NCBI GenBank assembly: GCA_043797265.1
Contig: JAZDPV010000012.1
Coordinates: 32,001-96,000 of the forward strand
Direction: 5' to 3'
Source of the DNA: an archaeon
GTDB taxonomy: Archaea > Nanobdellota > Nanobdellia > Pacearchaeales > GW2011-AR1
Length of the DNA: 64,000 nt
The notes beneath the pieces were generated by a model, which was not told the origin of the DNA, did no database searches, and saw only the letters and a list, made by a program, of their open reading frames with translations. Positions 28,998 through 37,840 of this stretch are shown in pieces; the stretch's first letter is position 1; every line of letters begins with the position of its first letter. A program made the translations under genes and the position numbers.

Positions 28998-29018
28998 CCT
29001 CAGGGAATCCTTCATCGG
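28998..29018 (-). promoter_or_regulatory. K-turn in rpl7ae 5' UTR (L7Ae autoregulation site)
   Basis: mRNA 5'-CC GAU GA AGG AUUC CCU GA GG-3': C-stem, 3-nt bulge, tandem G.A pairs, NC stem; TATA (tttataaa) at 29041. Confidence 0.75.
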
Positions 29019-29085
29019 TAAAAACATTCCGAAAATTCAGTTTATAAAACTATCGGCAAAAAAACCCTTCCATAATTTTGATTAA

Positions 29086-29197
29086 TGGCAGAGAATTTCG
29101 CAACATAAAAATTTTCGGCTTTCGCACATAAGAAAAATTTTACCCCAACACTCCGCAATTCGGGGTATGCCGAGCGGCGACCAAGAAATTACCGCCA
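29086..29197. mobile_element. Structured inverted-repeat mini-element (family shared with 63721-63827)
   Basis: TGGCAGAGAATTTC...TAAAAATTTTC..GCTTTCGCACATAAGAAAAATTTTACC...CCAAGAAATTACCGCCA; overlaps the kae1 stop. Confidence 0.6.
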
Positions 29198-30280
29198 GGA
29201 ATCACAAATTACTTCATCCGTCCTCTCCCTCGGCGAAATATCAACCTTATCCAAATCCCAATAAACTCCTGACGCCTGATTTCTGACGCCTGATTTCTGC
29301 GCCGCGCGCCACATCTTCAACCCCAAATACCCAATCATCCCCGCATTATCAACCAGCAAACTCCTCGGCGGCACAAATAACTTGCAACCTCGCTCCTCGC
29401 ACATAATCCTGCACATTTCCTGCAACCGCGAATTACAAGCAACCCCGCCGCCCAACAAAAGTTCTTTCTTTCCAGTATGCGCCAACGCCCTCTCCGCAAC
29501 CTCAACCAGCATCGCAAACACAACCTCCTGCATCGAATACGCAATCTTAAATTTATCCTCGCCCCTCTCAATCAAATTCTTAATCTTCGTCTGCATCCCC
29601 GCAAACGCAACATCCATCCCCTTCACCGAATACGGCAACTCCAAAATCTCAACCCATTTTCTTTTAGATTCGTGTCCATCTGTGTTCATTCGTGAGCAAT
29701 TATTTTCTTTCAATGTCCGTGAGATATACTCCTCCGCCATCTTCTCAATCTTAGGCCCAGCAGGAAATCCAAGTTTCATAAATCTCCCAACCGTATCAAT
29801 AAAATTCCCAACTCCCAAATCCAACGTCTCACCAAAAACCCGATACTTCCCCGCCTCGTAAGCAATCACCTGAGTATTCGCTCCCGACGCATAAAGCATA
29901 ACCGGATCCCTCGCCCCGACACTCTCCCCAATTTCCAAATGTGCAACACAATGATTAACACAAACAACCGGTATACCAAGCCGCCCCGCAATCTTCTTCA
30001 CAAATTCCATCCCCTCCAAAAGACACGGGGCCAACCCCGGCGCATTCGAAAACGCAACAGCGTCGATATTTTCCTCAGAAATCCCTGCCTCATCCAAAGC
30101 CCGCTTATACAAACCATCGCCAACTTTCCTATGATGCTTCCGAACTTCCAAAGGAATCATCCCGCCTTCTTCAGTAAAATATGAATCCTTAACATTAGAA
30201 AGTATATTCCCTTCTATATCAACAACCGCCACACCAAACGTATGCGCCGTACTCTCAACCCCCAAAATAAACTTTCCCAT
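29189..30280 (-). CDS. kae1: tRNA t6A biosynthesis protein Kae1
   Basis: LGVESTAHTFG, VNHCVAHLE, YASGANTQV, GETLD, GGGVACN, DNAGMI. Confidence 0.95.
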   Translation of the reverse strand: MGKFILGVESTAHTFGVAVVDIEGNILSNVKDSYFTEEGGMIPLEVRKHHRKVGDGLYKRALDEAGISEENIDAVAFSNAPGLAPCLLEGMEFVKKIAGRLGIPVVCVNHCVAHLEIGESVGARDPVMLYASGANTQVIAYEAGKYRVFGETLDLGVGNFIDTVGRFMKLGFPAGPKIEKMAEEYISRTLKENNCSRMNTDGHESKRKWVEILELPYSVKGMDVAFAGMQTKIKNLIERGEDKFKIAYSMQEVVFAMLVEVAERALAHTGKKELLLGGGVACNSRLQEMCRIMCEERGCKLFVPPRSLLVDNAGMIGYLGLKMWRAAQKSGVRNQASGVYWDLDKVDISPRERTDEVICDSWR

Positions 30281-30352
30281 CCCAATCCAATAAAAATCTA
30301 TTTTAAAAAACTTTAGATAAAATTATAAATACCCTTTATGCCATTTTAAACC

Positions 30353-31396
30353 ATGGTGATAGAAAAAGAAAAAACATTTTTGGATTTTATAAAATTAGTC
30401 TCACCCGGAACGCTTCTAAGAAATGTAATCGACGACCTAATCCGCTCAGACCTCGGCGGCACAATTGTATTCAACAGCCCCGAACTCTATTCCCAAAATA
30501 TCGCCGAGGGCGGCTTCCGAATCAACTGCCGATTCACACCGCAAAAACTTTTCGAACTCTGCAAAATGGACGCCGCCGTGATAATATCTCCCGACCTAAA
30601 AAGAATTCTCCAGGCAAACGTCACGCTGACCCCGGACTCGTCAATACACACAACCGAAACCGGCACGCGACACAAATCAGCCGAACGAACCGCGAAACAA
30701 GCCCACACATTCATCATCGCAATTTCCGAACGACGAAAAAAAACAACCCTCTATTACGACACCTCTCGATACTATCTCAAATCAATAGACGAACTAATCA
30801 GAAATATCAGCTCAACTCTTCAGCTCCTCGAAAAACAAAGAGAAATCTTAAACGAAAACACAGCGAACCTCAACATCCTCGAAATGTCCGAAATCGTCTC
30901 CATCAGCGACGTCTGCCAAGTCATCCAAAGAACCGAAATGATTCAAAAAATATCAAACTCAATCAAGCGAAATTTCACCGAACTCGGAAAAGAAGGCAAC
31001 ATCATGCACATGCGATACCGCGAACTTCTAAAAGACGTCGAAAAAACCGAAAACGATATTCTCCGAGACTACTCAACCCTCCCGCTACGACGCTCCAAAA
31101 CTCTCCTCTCAAACCTGACCTTCGACGGACTCCAAGACCTCGACTCAATCGCAAGACTAATCATAGACAAACCCCTTGAAAAAATCATCGCCCCAAAAGG
31201 TTTCAGGTTCCTGTCACACCTCACCCTCTCAGAAAAAGAAATCTCTCAAATAATAAAACAACATCACGACATAGACAAAATAATAAAAACAGAACCGACC
31301 GACCTTGAACCAATACTAAAAAATCGCGCCGACACAATCCATAAAGAAATCAGAAACCTCCGCGAACAAGTCCTGAACGGAAAAACAATTTGCTAA
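30353..31396 (+). CDS. disA: DisA-like diadenylate cyclase
   Basis: SPGTLLR, FELCKMDAAVII, TETGTRHKSAERTA, AISERRKK, linker, PKGFRFL; about the length of DisA. Confidence 0.82.
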   Translation: MVIEKEKTFLDFIKLVSPGTLLRNVIDDLIRSDLGGTIVFNSPELYSQNIAEGGFRINCRFTPQKLFELCKMDAAVIISPDLKRILQANVTLTPDSSIHTTETGTRHKSAERTAKQAHTFIIAISERRKKTTLYYDTSRYYLKSIDELIRNISSTLQLLEKQREILNENTANLNILEMSEIVSISDVCQVIQRTEMIQKISNSIKRNFTELGKEGNIMHMRYRELLKDVEKTENDILRDYSTLPLRRSKTLLSNLTFDGLQDLDSIARLIIDKPLEKIIAPKGFRFLSHLTLSEKEISQIIKQHHDIDKIIKTEPTDLEPILKNRADTIHKEIRNLREQVLNGKTIC

Positions 31397-32430
31397 TGCT
31401 AACCAAAACTCAACTCAACGAAATCAGAAACCATTTAGAAACCTCACAAAACCCCCTCTTCTTTTTCGACAACGACGCCGACGGACTCTGCGCATTCCTA
31501 ATTCTCAGACGAGCAATCAACCGCGGCAAAGGCGTCGCAATAAAATCATTCCCCGACCTGAAAAAACAATACCTGAAAAAAGTCGACGAACTCAACCCCG
31601 ACGCGATATTCATCCTCGACAAAGCCGAACTAAGCAAAGAATTCGCCGAAACAATAGAACAAAAAAACATCCCGCTAATCTGGATTGACCATCACGAAAC
31701 AAAAACCCCGGAAGAAATCATCAAAAAAACTTTCTACTACAACTCGCTCCCGTCCGCCGAACCAACTACCTACATCGCACAAAAAATTTTCAACCGCCAA
31801 GAAGACCTCTGGCTCGCAGTCATCGGATGCATCAGCGACGCGTATATGCCAGACTTCGCAAACCAATTCGCAAAACAAAACCCAGAATTATTAAACCCAA
31901 ACATCGAACCCCTCGACGCGCTCCACTCAACAGAAATCGGAAAAATAATCCGCCTGCTAAATTTCGGGCTCATGGACACGACGACAAATGTCCTCACAAT
32001 GATAAAATATCTTTCCAAAGCAAACAACGCCCAAGACATCCTCGAAGAAAACCACAGCACAAAACAACTCCACAAAAGATACTCCCAGCTCAACGGATTC
32101 CTAAACAAACAAGTCGAAAAAGCCGAATCAAACTTCGACCCAAAATCAAAAGCCCTTTTCTTCTCTTACGCCGGCAACACATCAATGTCATCTGAAATCG
32201 CAAACAAACTTTACTACAACCATAAAGACAAAATAATCGTCGTCGCATTCAAGCGCCCAGAAAAAATCAACATCTCAATCCGCGGAGACAACGCACTCAA
32301 AATAACAAAACAAGCAATCGCAAACATCGAAGACGCAACCGGCGGCGGACACGAAAAAGCAACCGGCGCAATGATTCCCGTCGACAAATTCGAGCAATTC
32401 AAAAAAAATATCAAGCAATTCACAACTTAG
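31396..32430 (+). CDS. DHH/DHHA1 phosphoesterase
   Basis: DNDADG, WIDHH, GGGHEKATG. Confidence 0.88.
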   Translation: MLTKTQLNEIRNHLETSQNPLFFFDNDADGLCAFLILRRAINRGKGVAIKSFPDLKKQYLKKVDELNPDAIFILDKAELSKEFAETIEQKNIPLIWIDHHETKTPEEIIKKTFYYNSLPSAEPTTYIAQKIFNRQEDLWLAVIGCISDAYMPDFANQFAKQNPELLNPNIEPLDALHSTEIGKIIRLLNFGLMDTTTNVLTMIKYLSKANNAQDILEENHSTKQLHKRYSQLNGFLNKQVEKAESNFDPKSKALFFSYAGNTSMSSEIANKLYYNHKDKIIVVAFKRPEKINISIRGDNALKITKQAIANIEDATGGGHEKATGAMIPVDKFEQFKKNIKQFTT

Positions 32431-32517
32431 AAACACTTAAAAACTAACAAAAATCAATAACACTATGACTAACACATTAGCAATCCCAATCAACTAAACT
32501 AGTCGCAACACTTTCTC

Positions 32518-33492
32518 ATGAGTTCCAAAAACAAAGAACAAATTGCAAAAGAAAATATCCTCCGCGAAAGCGAAGAAGCCGAAGGTATACCAATCAAAGG
32601 ATACGATTTCGACAACGGCATAAACTACGAAAAACTAATCGACTCCTACGCAACAACCGGCGCACAGGCATCAAACCTCGCGCAAGCAATAAAAATAATA
32701 AAAAAAATGCGCGAACAAAAAGCATTCATCTACCTCGGCTACACATCCAACATGGTTACCTCCGGACTAAGAGATATCTTCAGATTCCTCGCAAAACACA
32801 AACTCGTCGACGTAATCGTGACAACCGCCGGCGGAATCGAAGAAGACATAATAAAATGCCTCGGCGATTTCAAGCTCGGCGATTTCAGATTAAAGGGCGC
32901 AACCCTCCGCGAAAAAGGAATCAACCGCGCTGGCAACATCCTAATTCCAAATTCAAGATACTGTAGATTCGAGGACTTCATAATTCCAATTCTCGAAAAA
33001 CACAAAAACGAAACAATTCCCGCATCAAAACTAATCAACCTATTAGGCGAAAAAATAAACAACGAAAAATCCATCTACTATTGGACACAAAAAAACAAAA
33101 TTCCGGTATACTGCCCGGCAATAACCGACGGAAGCTTGGGCGACATGGTATACTTCTTCAAAAGTAAAAATCCAAATTTCAAAATCGATGTATCCGACGA
33201 CATAGTCGAACTAAACAACTCAACAATCGGAAAAGAAAAAATCGGCGTCATAATTCTCGGAGCAGGAATAATAAAACATCACATCCTAAACGCAAACATG
33301 TTCCGAAACGGCGCCGATTTCGCGGTCTACATAAACAGCGCACAGGAACACGACGCTTCCGACGCTGGTGCACTTCCGGAAGAAGCAATTTCGTGGGGCA
33401 AACTTACCAAGGAATGTGAATCTGTAAAAGTTTACGGCGACGCAACAATTTTATTCCCTCTAATCGTCGCAAAATGTTTTGCCAAGAATTAG
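32518..33492 (+). CDS. dys: Deoxyhypusine synthase
   Basis: GYTSNMVTSGLR, TTAGGIEED, GINRAGN, PAITDGSLGD, EAISWGK, GDATI. Confidence 0.95.
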   Translation: MSSKNKEQIAKENILRESEEAEGIPIKGYDFDNGINYEKLIDSYATTGAQASNLAQAIKIIKKMREQKAFIYLGYTSNMVTSGLRDIFRFLAKHKLVDVIVTTAGGIEEDIIKCLGDFKLGDFRLKGATLREKGINRAGNILIPNSRYCRFEDFIIPILEKHKNETIPASKLINLLGEKINNEKSIYYWTQKNKIPVYCPAITDGSLGDMVYFFKSKNPNFKIDVSDDIVELNNSTIGKEKIGVIILGAGIIKHHILNANMFRNGADFAVYINSAQEHDASDAGALPEEAISWGKLTKECESVKVYGDATILFPLIVAKCFAKN

Positions 33493-33502
33493 ATCTTTAA
33501 AA

Positions 33503-33730
33503 TTATTCTAATTTCTTAGAACGCATATGCCTTGCAGCAAACCTCAAAATAGCATCTTCTCCTGTGCAGAAACTTAATTCAAGTATACAAGGAACATAAG
33601 AATCATAAACATCTTCAGCATGAGAAACCCTATAAGAAATACCAGCCTTACTTAATGCCCGTTTCAATAAATCAGTTTTAACTAATCTAGTATTCGCAAC
33701 TAACGTATAATCTTTTCGACCAAAACCCAT
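33503..33730 (-). CDS. Hypothetical protein
   Basis: 75-aa ATG ORF with a TATA-like box upstream; atypical composition. Confidence 0.4.
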   Translation of the reverse strand: MGFGRKDYTLVANTRLVKTDLLKRALSKAGISYRVSHAEDVYDSYVPCILELSFCTGEDAILRFAARHMRSKKLE

Positions 33731-33781
33731 ACCAACCCCAACACACTCCCCTTTTTAAAAATTTCTATACTAAAACATATA

Positions 33782-34072
33782 TCACCACTTAATCGTCCTC
33801 GGTTCCCGTCGAATATATTGAAAATCTCCAACCAACTCGTAAACTTCCAACGACGTTTCAACCTGGTCATCAAAATACCGAATCTGATACTCCCGCTCGT
33901 TCTCCGGATTATAAACTTCAATAATCATTTCATTAGTATCCCTATGCTTCATAAACAAATAATGTTTATCGACGACCATCGCCTTCCCATTAATCCAAAC
34001 CTTATCTCCCTCCTTCAACTTCCCAATCGCCTTCGACTGCCCCTCAATCTTCAACACAACCTCATCATCCAT
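33782..34072 (-). CDS. Hypothetical protein
   Basis: MDDEVVLKIEG...EYQIRYFDDQVETSLEVYEL; host codon bias, follows proS. Confidence 0.65.
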   Translation of the reverse strand: MDDEVVLKIEGQSKAIGKLKEGDKVWINGKAMVVDKHYLFMKHRDTNEMIIEVYNPENEREYQIRYFDDQVETSLEVYELVGDFQYIRREPRTIKW

Positions 34073-34108
34073 AATCAAAAAACATTTTAACAATTTATAA
34101 AATTATCC

Positions 34109-35593
34109 TCAATAACTCTTCCCCGCATAAACCTTAACCTTCGCGACCTTCCCACAAAACAAACACTTCCCCAACTTCTTCCCTGAATCCTGAATTCTGA
34201 ATTCTGACACCTCGCTTGCACCAGCAAGCGTCCCCATCACCCTCGCCTGTAATTCCTTCTCGACAAACTCCGCGCACTTCTCCCCGTCCTTGTCACACGA
34301 ACAAAAACTAAACCTCGCAACCTCCCCAGAATCCAACGCCTTCTTCACATCACCCTTCGACGCGCAATCAACAATCCTCGACGCAAAATCTTCATCCGCC
34401 CGCGCAATCAACCTCTCATCATATTCCGCTCCAAGATTTTTAATTGTCTCAACCAAATCCCCAGTCTTCACCGAAACCTTTTCTCGACTATCACGAATAA
34501 AAACCTCAACGCTCCCTGACTTCAATTCCTTCTCACCAATCTCAACCCGAAACGGCACACCCTTCATCTCCCAATAAAAAAACTTCTCGCCCACCCGCTT
34601 CTCCGAATCATCAATCTCAACATCAATATAATCCCTCATCAAATCCGCCCGAATCTTATCTACTAATTCTGACACCTGAATTCTGACACCTGAATTCTTT
34701 GGCTCCATTGGAATTACAACAACTTGCAACGGCGCCAAAATATAAGGCAAAACCAAACCATTATCATCCCCATGAACCGAAATCACCGACGCCAAAATCC
34801 TCGACATCGCCGGCCCATAACAAGTCAGCCACGGCACTTTATCCTTCCCCTTATTATCCTTAAAACTCAAATCAAACGCCTTCACAAAATGTTGCCCAAT
34901 CAAATGCGTCGACGGCTGCTGAATAATCCGCCCGTCCGGCAAAATCGAATCCGACCCAATCGTATACTCCGCCCCCGGAAATTTGTCCCACTCCGGCCTC
35001 TTCATCGCCAAAAACGGCACACCAAAAATCTTGTGCATCACTTCCTTCGTCATCATAACATCATCCCAAACCTGCACCTCCGCATCTTTCTTCGTCGCAA
35101 AAACATCATGCGCCTCAATCCAATGAAATTCCCTCGAACGAATCAACGGCCTCGTCGCCTTCGTCTCATTCCGAAAAACATTCGCCCGCTGATACAACTT
35201 CAACGGCAAATCCCGATGACTCCTAATCCAAATCTTATACAAATCATAAAACGCCGTTTCGCTCGTCGGACGCAACGCCAACCTTTCCTCGCCCTGCTTT
35301 TTCTCCAGCCAAAAAACGTCAGGCGCAAATCCCTCGACATGACTGCTCTCTTTCTCAAAATTCCCCTCAGGAATCACCGCCGGAAAAATCACCGGAGAAT
35401 GTCCCGTCGCCCTCAACGCCGATTCATAAATCCGATACATCTTCTCAATAATTCTCGCGCCCCACGGCCGAATCACAACAAACCCCTTCACCCCATATCT
35501 CAAATCAACAACCTCCGCCCTCGCTAAAATCTCCGAATACCACTCGCTAAAATTATCCTCCTTCGAAATATTAAAAGTCACTTTCTTACTCAT
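34109..35593 (-). CDS. proS: Prolyl-tRNA synthetase (archaeal/eukaryotic type)
   Basis: FSEWYSEIL, KESSHVEGFAP, LRPTSET, FRNETKATRPLIRSREF, WEMKGVP, C-terminal GKSY. Confidence 0.96.
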   Translation of the reverse strand: MSKKVTFNISKEDNFSEWYSEILARAEVVDLRYGVKGFVVIRPWGARIIEKMYRIYESALRATGHSPVIFPAVIPEGNFEKESSHVEGFAPDVFWLEKKQGEERLALRPTSETAFYDLYKIWIRSHRDLPLKLYQRANVFRNETKATRPLIRSREFHWIEAHDVFATKKDAEVQVWDDVMMTKEVMHKIFGVPFLAMKRPEWDKFPGAEYTIGSDSILPDGRIIQQPSTHLIGQHFVKAFDLSFKDNKGKDKVPWLTCYGPAMSRILASVISVHGDDNGLVLPYILAPLQVVVIPMEPKNSGVRIQVSELVDKIRADLMRDYIDVEIDDSEKRVGEKFFYWEMKGVPFRVEIGEKELKSGSVEVFIRDSREKVSVKTGDLVETIKNLGAEYDERLIARADEDFASRIVDCASKGDVKKALDSGEVARFSFCSCDKDGEKCAEFVEKELQARVMGTLAGASEVSEFRIQDSGKKLGKCLFCGKVAKVKVYAGKSY

Positions 35594-35635
35594 AGAAACA
35601 AATAATCACCGCCATATTTAAAACCACCGCCCAAA

Positions 35636-35742
35636 CCTCGCGCCGCGCGAGGCGGCGAAGCCGCCAAAGATCTGAGAACCGAAGGTTCTCTAATTTTCCC
35701 CTTCCCCACCTCCCCCAACCTCACCCATCCTCGCGAAGCGCC
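35636..35742 (+). repeat. GAA-triloop hairpin element, copy 3
   Basis: cctcgcg-ccg-cgcgagg, ggcggcGAAgccgcc aaagatct gagaaccGAAggttctc, C-tract, cctcgcGAAgcgc. Confidence 0.8.
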
Positions 35743-35809
35743 CATCCCCAAATTATTCCCAGCACCCATAAATCACAAACCCTTAAAAACAATTATAACA
35801 TAAAATCCT

Positions 35810-36058
35810 ATGGAAACAACTCTATTATCTATTATCTATTATCTATTATCTCTCTCTTTGGCCATCCCCCTCGGAATCATCCTCGCCAAAACAACCAAAG
35901 ACGAAAAACAAATTTACAAAAAATACTTCCCAAAAATCCTAATTATCCTCGCAATCCTAACAATCACCTCACTCATCCCCCCTACATCCTACCACCTACC
36001 TCCTACCATCTACTTCCTATTTCTATTCATCACAACCCTCGTCTGGCACAAAACTTAA
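35810..36058 (+). CDS. Small membrane protein containing two heptamer arrays
   Basis: LAIPLGIILAKTTKDEK..YKKYF; CTATTAT x4 at 35822-35851 and CCTACNN array near 35980-36025. Confidence 0.6.
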   Translation: METTLLSIIYYLLSLSLAIPLGIILAKTTKDEKQIYKKYFPKILIILAILTITSLIPPTSYHLPPTIYFLFLFITTLVWHKT

Positions 36059-36082
36059 AACCCCAAATTCTCTCTCAAAACT

Positions 36083-36802
36083 ATGACACTAAATTTAATC
36101 AGTCTCGGTATGAATGCAAACTCTCTCACAGCCGAAGCCCTCGACGCGATAAAATCCTCAGACAAAATCTACCTCGAAAACTACACCGTCAACTTCCCCT
36201 ACAAAATAAAAGACCTGAAAATAAAAGTCACGGAACTTTCAAGAGAACAAATTGAAAACGAATCAATCCTCAAAGAAGCAAAAACAAAAACAATTTCACT
36301 ATTAGTTTACGGCGACGCACTCTCAGCAACAACTCACATCCATCTAATCCTCGCCGCCAAAAAACAAAACATTCCATACAAAATTTTCCATAATGCCTCA
36401 ATCCTAACCACCGTCGCTGAAACCGGACTCTCTCTCTATAAATTCGGCAAAACAACATCGATGCCAAACTGGGCAGAACACACCAACAAACCAAAATCCT
36501 TCGCAGACTACATCGCCCAAAACCAATCCATAAACGCCCACACACTCCTCTTAATCGACATCGGACTCAAAATCAAAGACGCAATTAACCAACTAAAACA
36601 ATCAGCAAAAAATCTTCCAGAAAAAATTGTCCTGCTCTCAAACGCCGGCACGCAAAACCAAAAAATTTTCTACGATACTCCAAAAAATCTCACTACCACC
36701 TACCCTCTACCATCTACTCCCTATTGCCTAATCATCCCAGCCGAACTGCACTTCTTAGAAGAAAAAGCGCTAAATGAATTCAAAACAAATCTTAATCATT
36801 AG
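36083..36802 (+). CDS. dph5: Diphthine synthase
   Basis: LISLG, IYLENYT, LLVYGDALSATTH, TGLSLYKFGKTTS, HTLLLIDI, CLIIPAELHFLE. Confidence 0.93.
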   Translation: MTLNLISLGMNANSLTAEALDAIKSSDKIYLENYTVNFPYKIKDLKIKVTELSREQIENESILKEAKTKTISLLVYGDALSATTHIHLILAAKKQNIPYKIFHNASILTTVAETGLSLYKFGKTTSMPNWAEHTNKPKSFADYIAQNQSINAHTLLLIDIGLKIKDAINQLKQSAKNLPEKIVLLSNAGTQNQKIFYDTPKNLTTTYPLPSTPYCLIIPAELHFLEEKALNEFKTNLNH

Positions 36803-37532
36803 GCAAAACAATCACCTGACAATCCGAATAAAACACATTCAAATCACTCCACTCCGAATGTAAATCGCCATCCCTGCCAATGCCCACTCCCGCAATCCCG
36901 TCACCTTTCGCAAACCACGACCTTCTCCCTTCACACACAAAAATAGGCAATCCTTTTTTATCCACCTTATTAAACCTTCCATTCCCGCAAAAATATGAAA
37001 GTCTATCATCGTGAAGAATCTCAAATTTAGATAAATCACCGCCAATAGGTGCAACATTAATCCCATACCCTCCCTCCTCTGCAACCAACTCCAGCCCTGA
37101 AACTCTAAATGGAAAACTAATCTCTTCCTTCTCTTCCTTTTCTCTCACCAACTGAACCACTCTCCCTAAAATCATAGCATTATAAGGACGAGTCAGCTCA
37201 ATTTTCCTCACATCAAGACACGGATAAACAACACGATACCCTCCCCCAATCATCTCGCTCAACGGACTTCTATCCTCATCATAAGGCATCGCCACCCTCA
37301 TCCCGCTCTTCCTCGCAATCTCATCCGCCAAAACCGCGACAAAAAAATTACAATCAGTTATTCTCCTCTCTCCTCCCTCATATCTAAATTTCTTCAAGCA
37401 ATCCGGACTTCCCAATTCCTTTATTCGTTCCTGCATCGCCCCATAAAACGCCCCCGCATCACACTCCTGAGGAAAACTCGAAAACACTTTCGAACTCTTC
37501 CGCTCAGCCCTCCGCAACCATTCCCCTATCAT
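36792..37532 (-). CDS. Hypothetical protein
   Basis: ~246-aa ORF with minus-strand host codon bias; no family recognised. Confidence 0.55.
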   Translation of the reverse strand: MIGEWLRRAERKSSKVFSSFPQECDAGAFYGAMQERIKELGSPDCLKKFRYEGGERRITDCNFFVAVLADEIARKSGMRVAMPYDEDRSPLSEMIGGGYRVVYPCLDVRKIELTRPYNAMILGRVVQLVREKEEKEEISFPFRVSGLELVAEEGGYGINVAPIGGDLSKFEILHDDRLSYFCGNGRFNKVDKKGLPIFVCEGRRSWFAKGDGIAGVGIGRDGDLHSEWSDLNVFYSDCQVIVLPND

Positions 37533-37582
37533 GCAAGACAACAAAGCCAACTATTTATAAATCTTCCCAACCTGATAAACCA

Positions 37583-37801
37583 ATGAAAAAAGAACTCATC
37601 GAAAAATTCGCCACACTCATCACCGCCGCATTCGGTCTAATTACCGCCCTCGCTTGGAACTCCGCAGTCCAAAAAATCTTTCAGCAAATCTTCGGCGAAC
37701 AAAGCTCAATCACAGCAATGCTAACCTACGCAATCCTCGTCACAATAATCGCAGTCCTCGCAACCCTCTGGATCGGCAGAATCTCCCAATCTAAAAAATA
37801 A
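37583..37801 (+). CDS. DUF5654-like small membrane protein
   Basis: LITAAFGLITALAWNSAVQ...YAILVTIIAV. Confidence 0.8.
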   Translation: MKKELIEKFATLITAAFGLITALAWNSAVQKIFQQIFGEQSSITAMLTYAILVTIIAVLATLWIGRISQSKK

Positions 37802-37840
37802 ATTCAATAATCTTAAATATCCTTCTCCCCAAACCAAACT

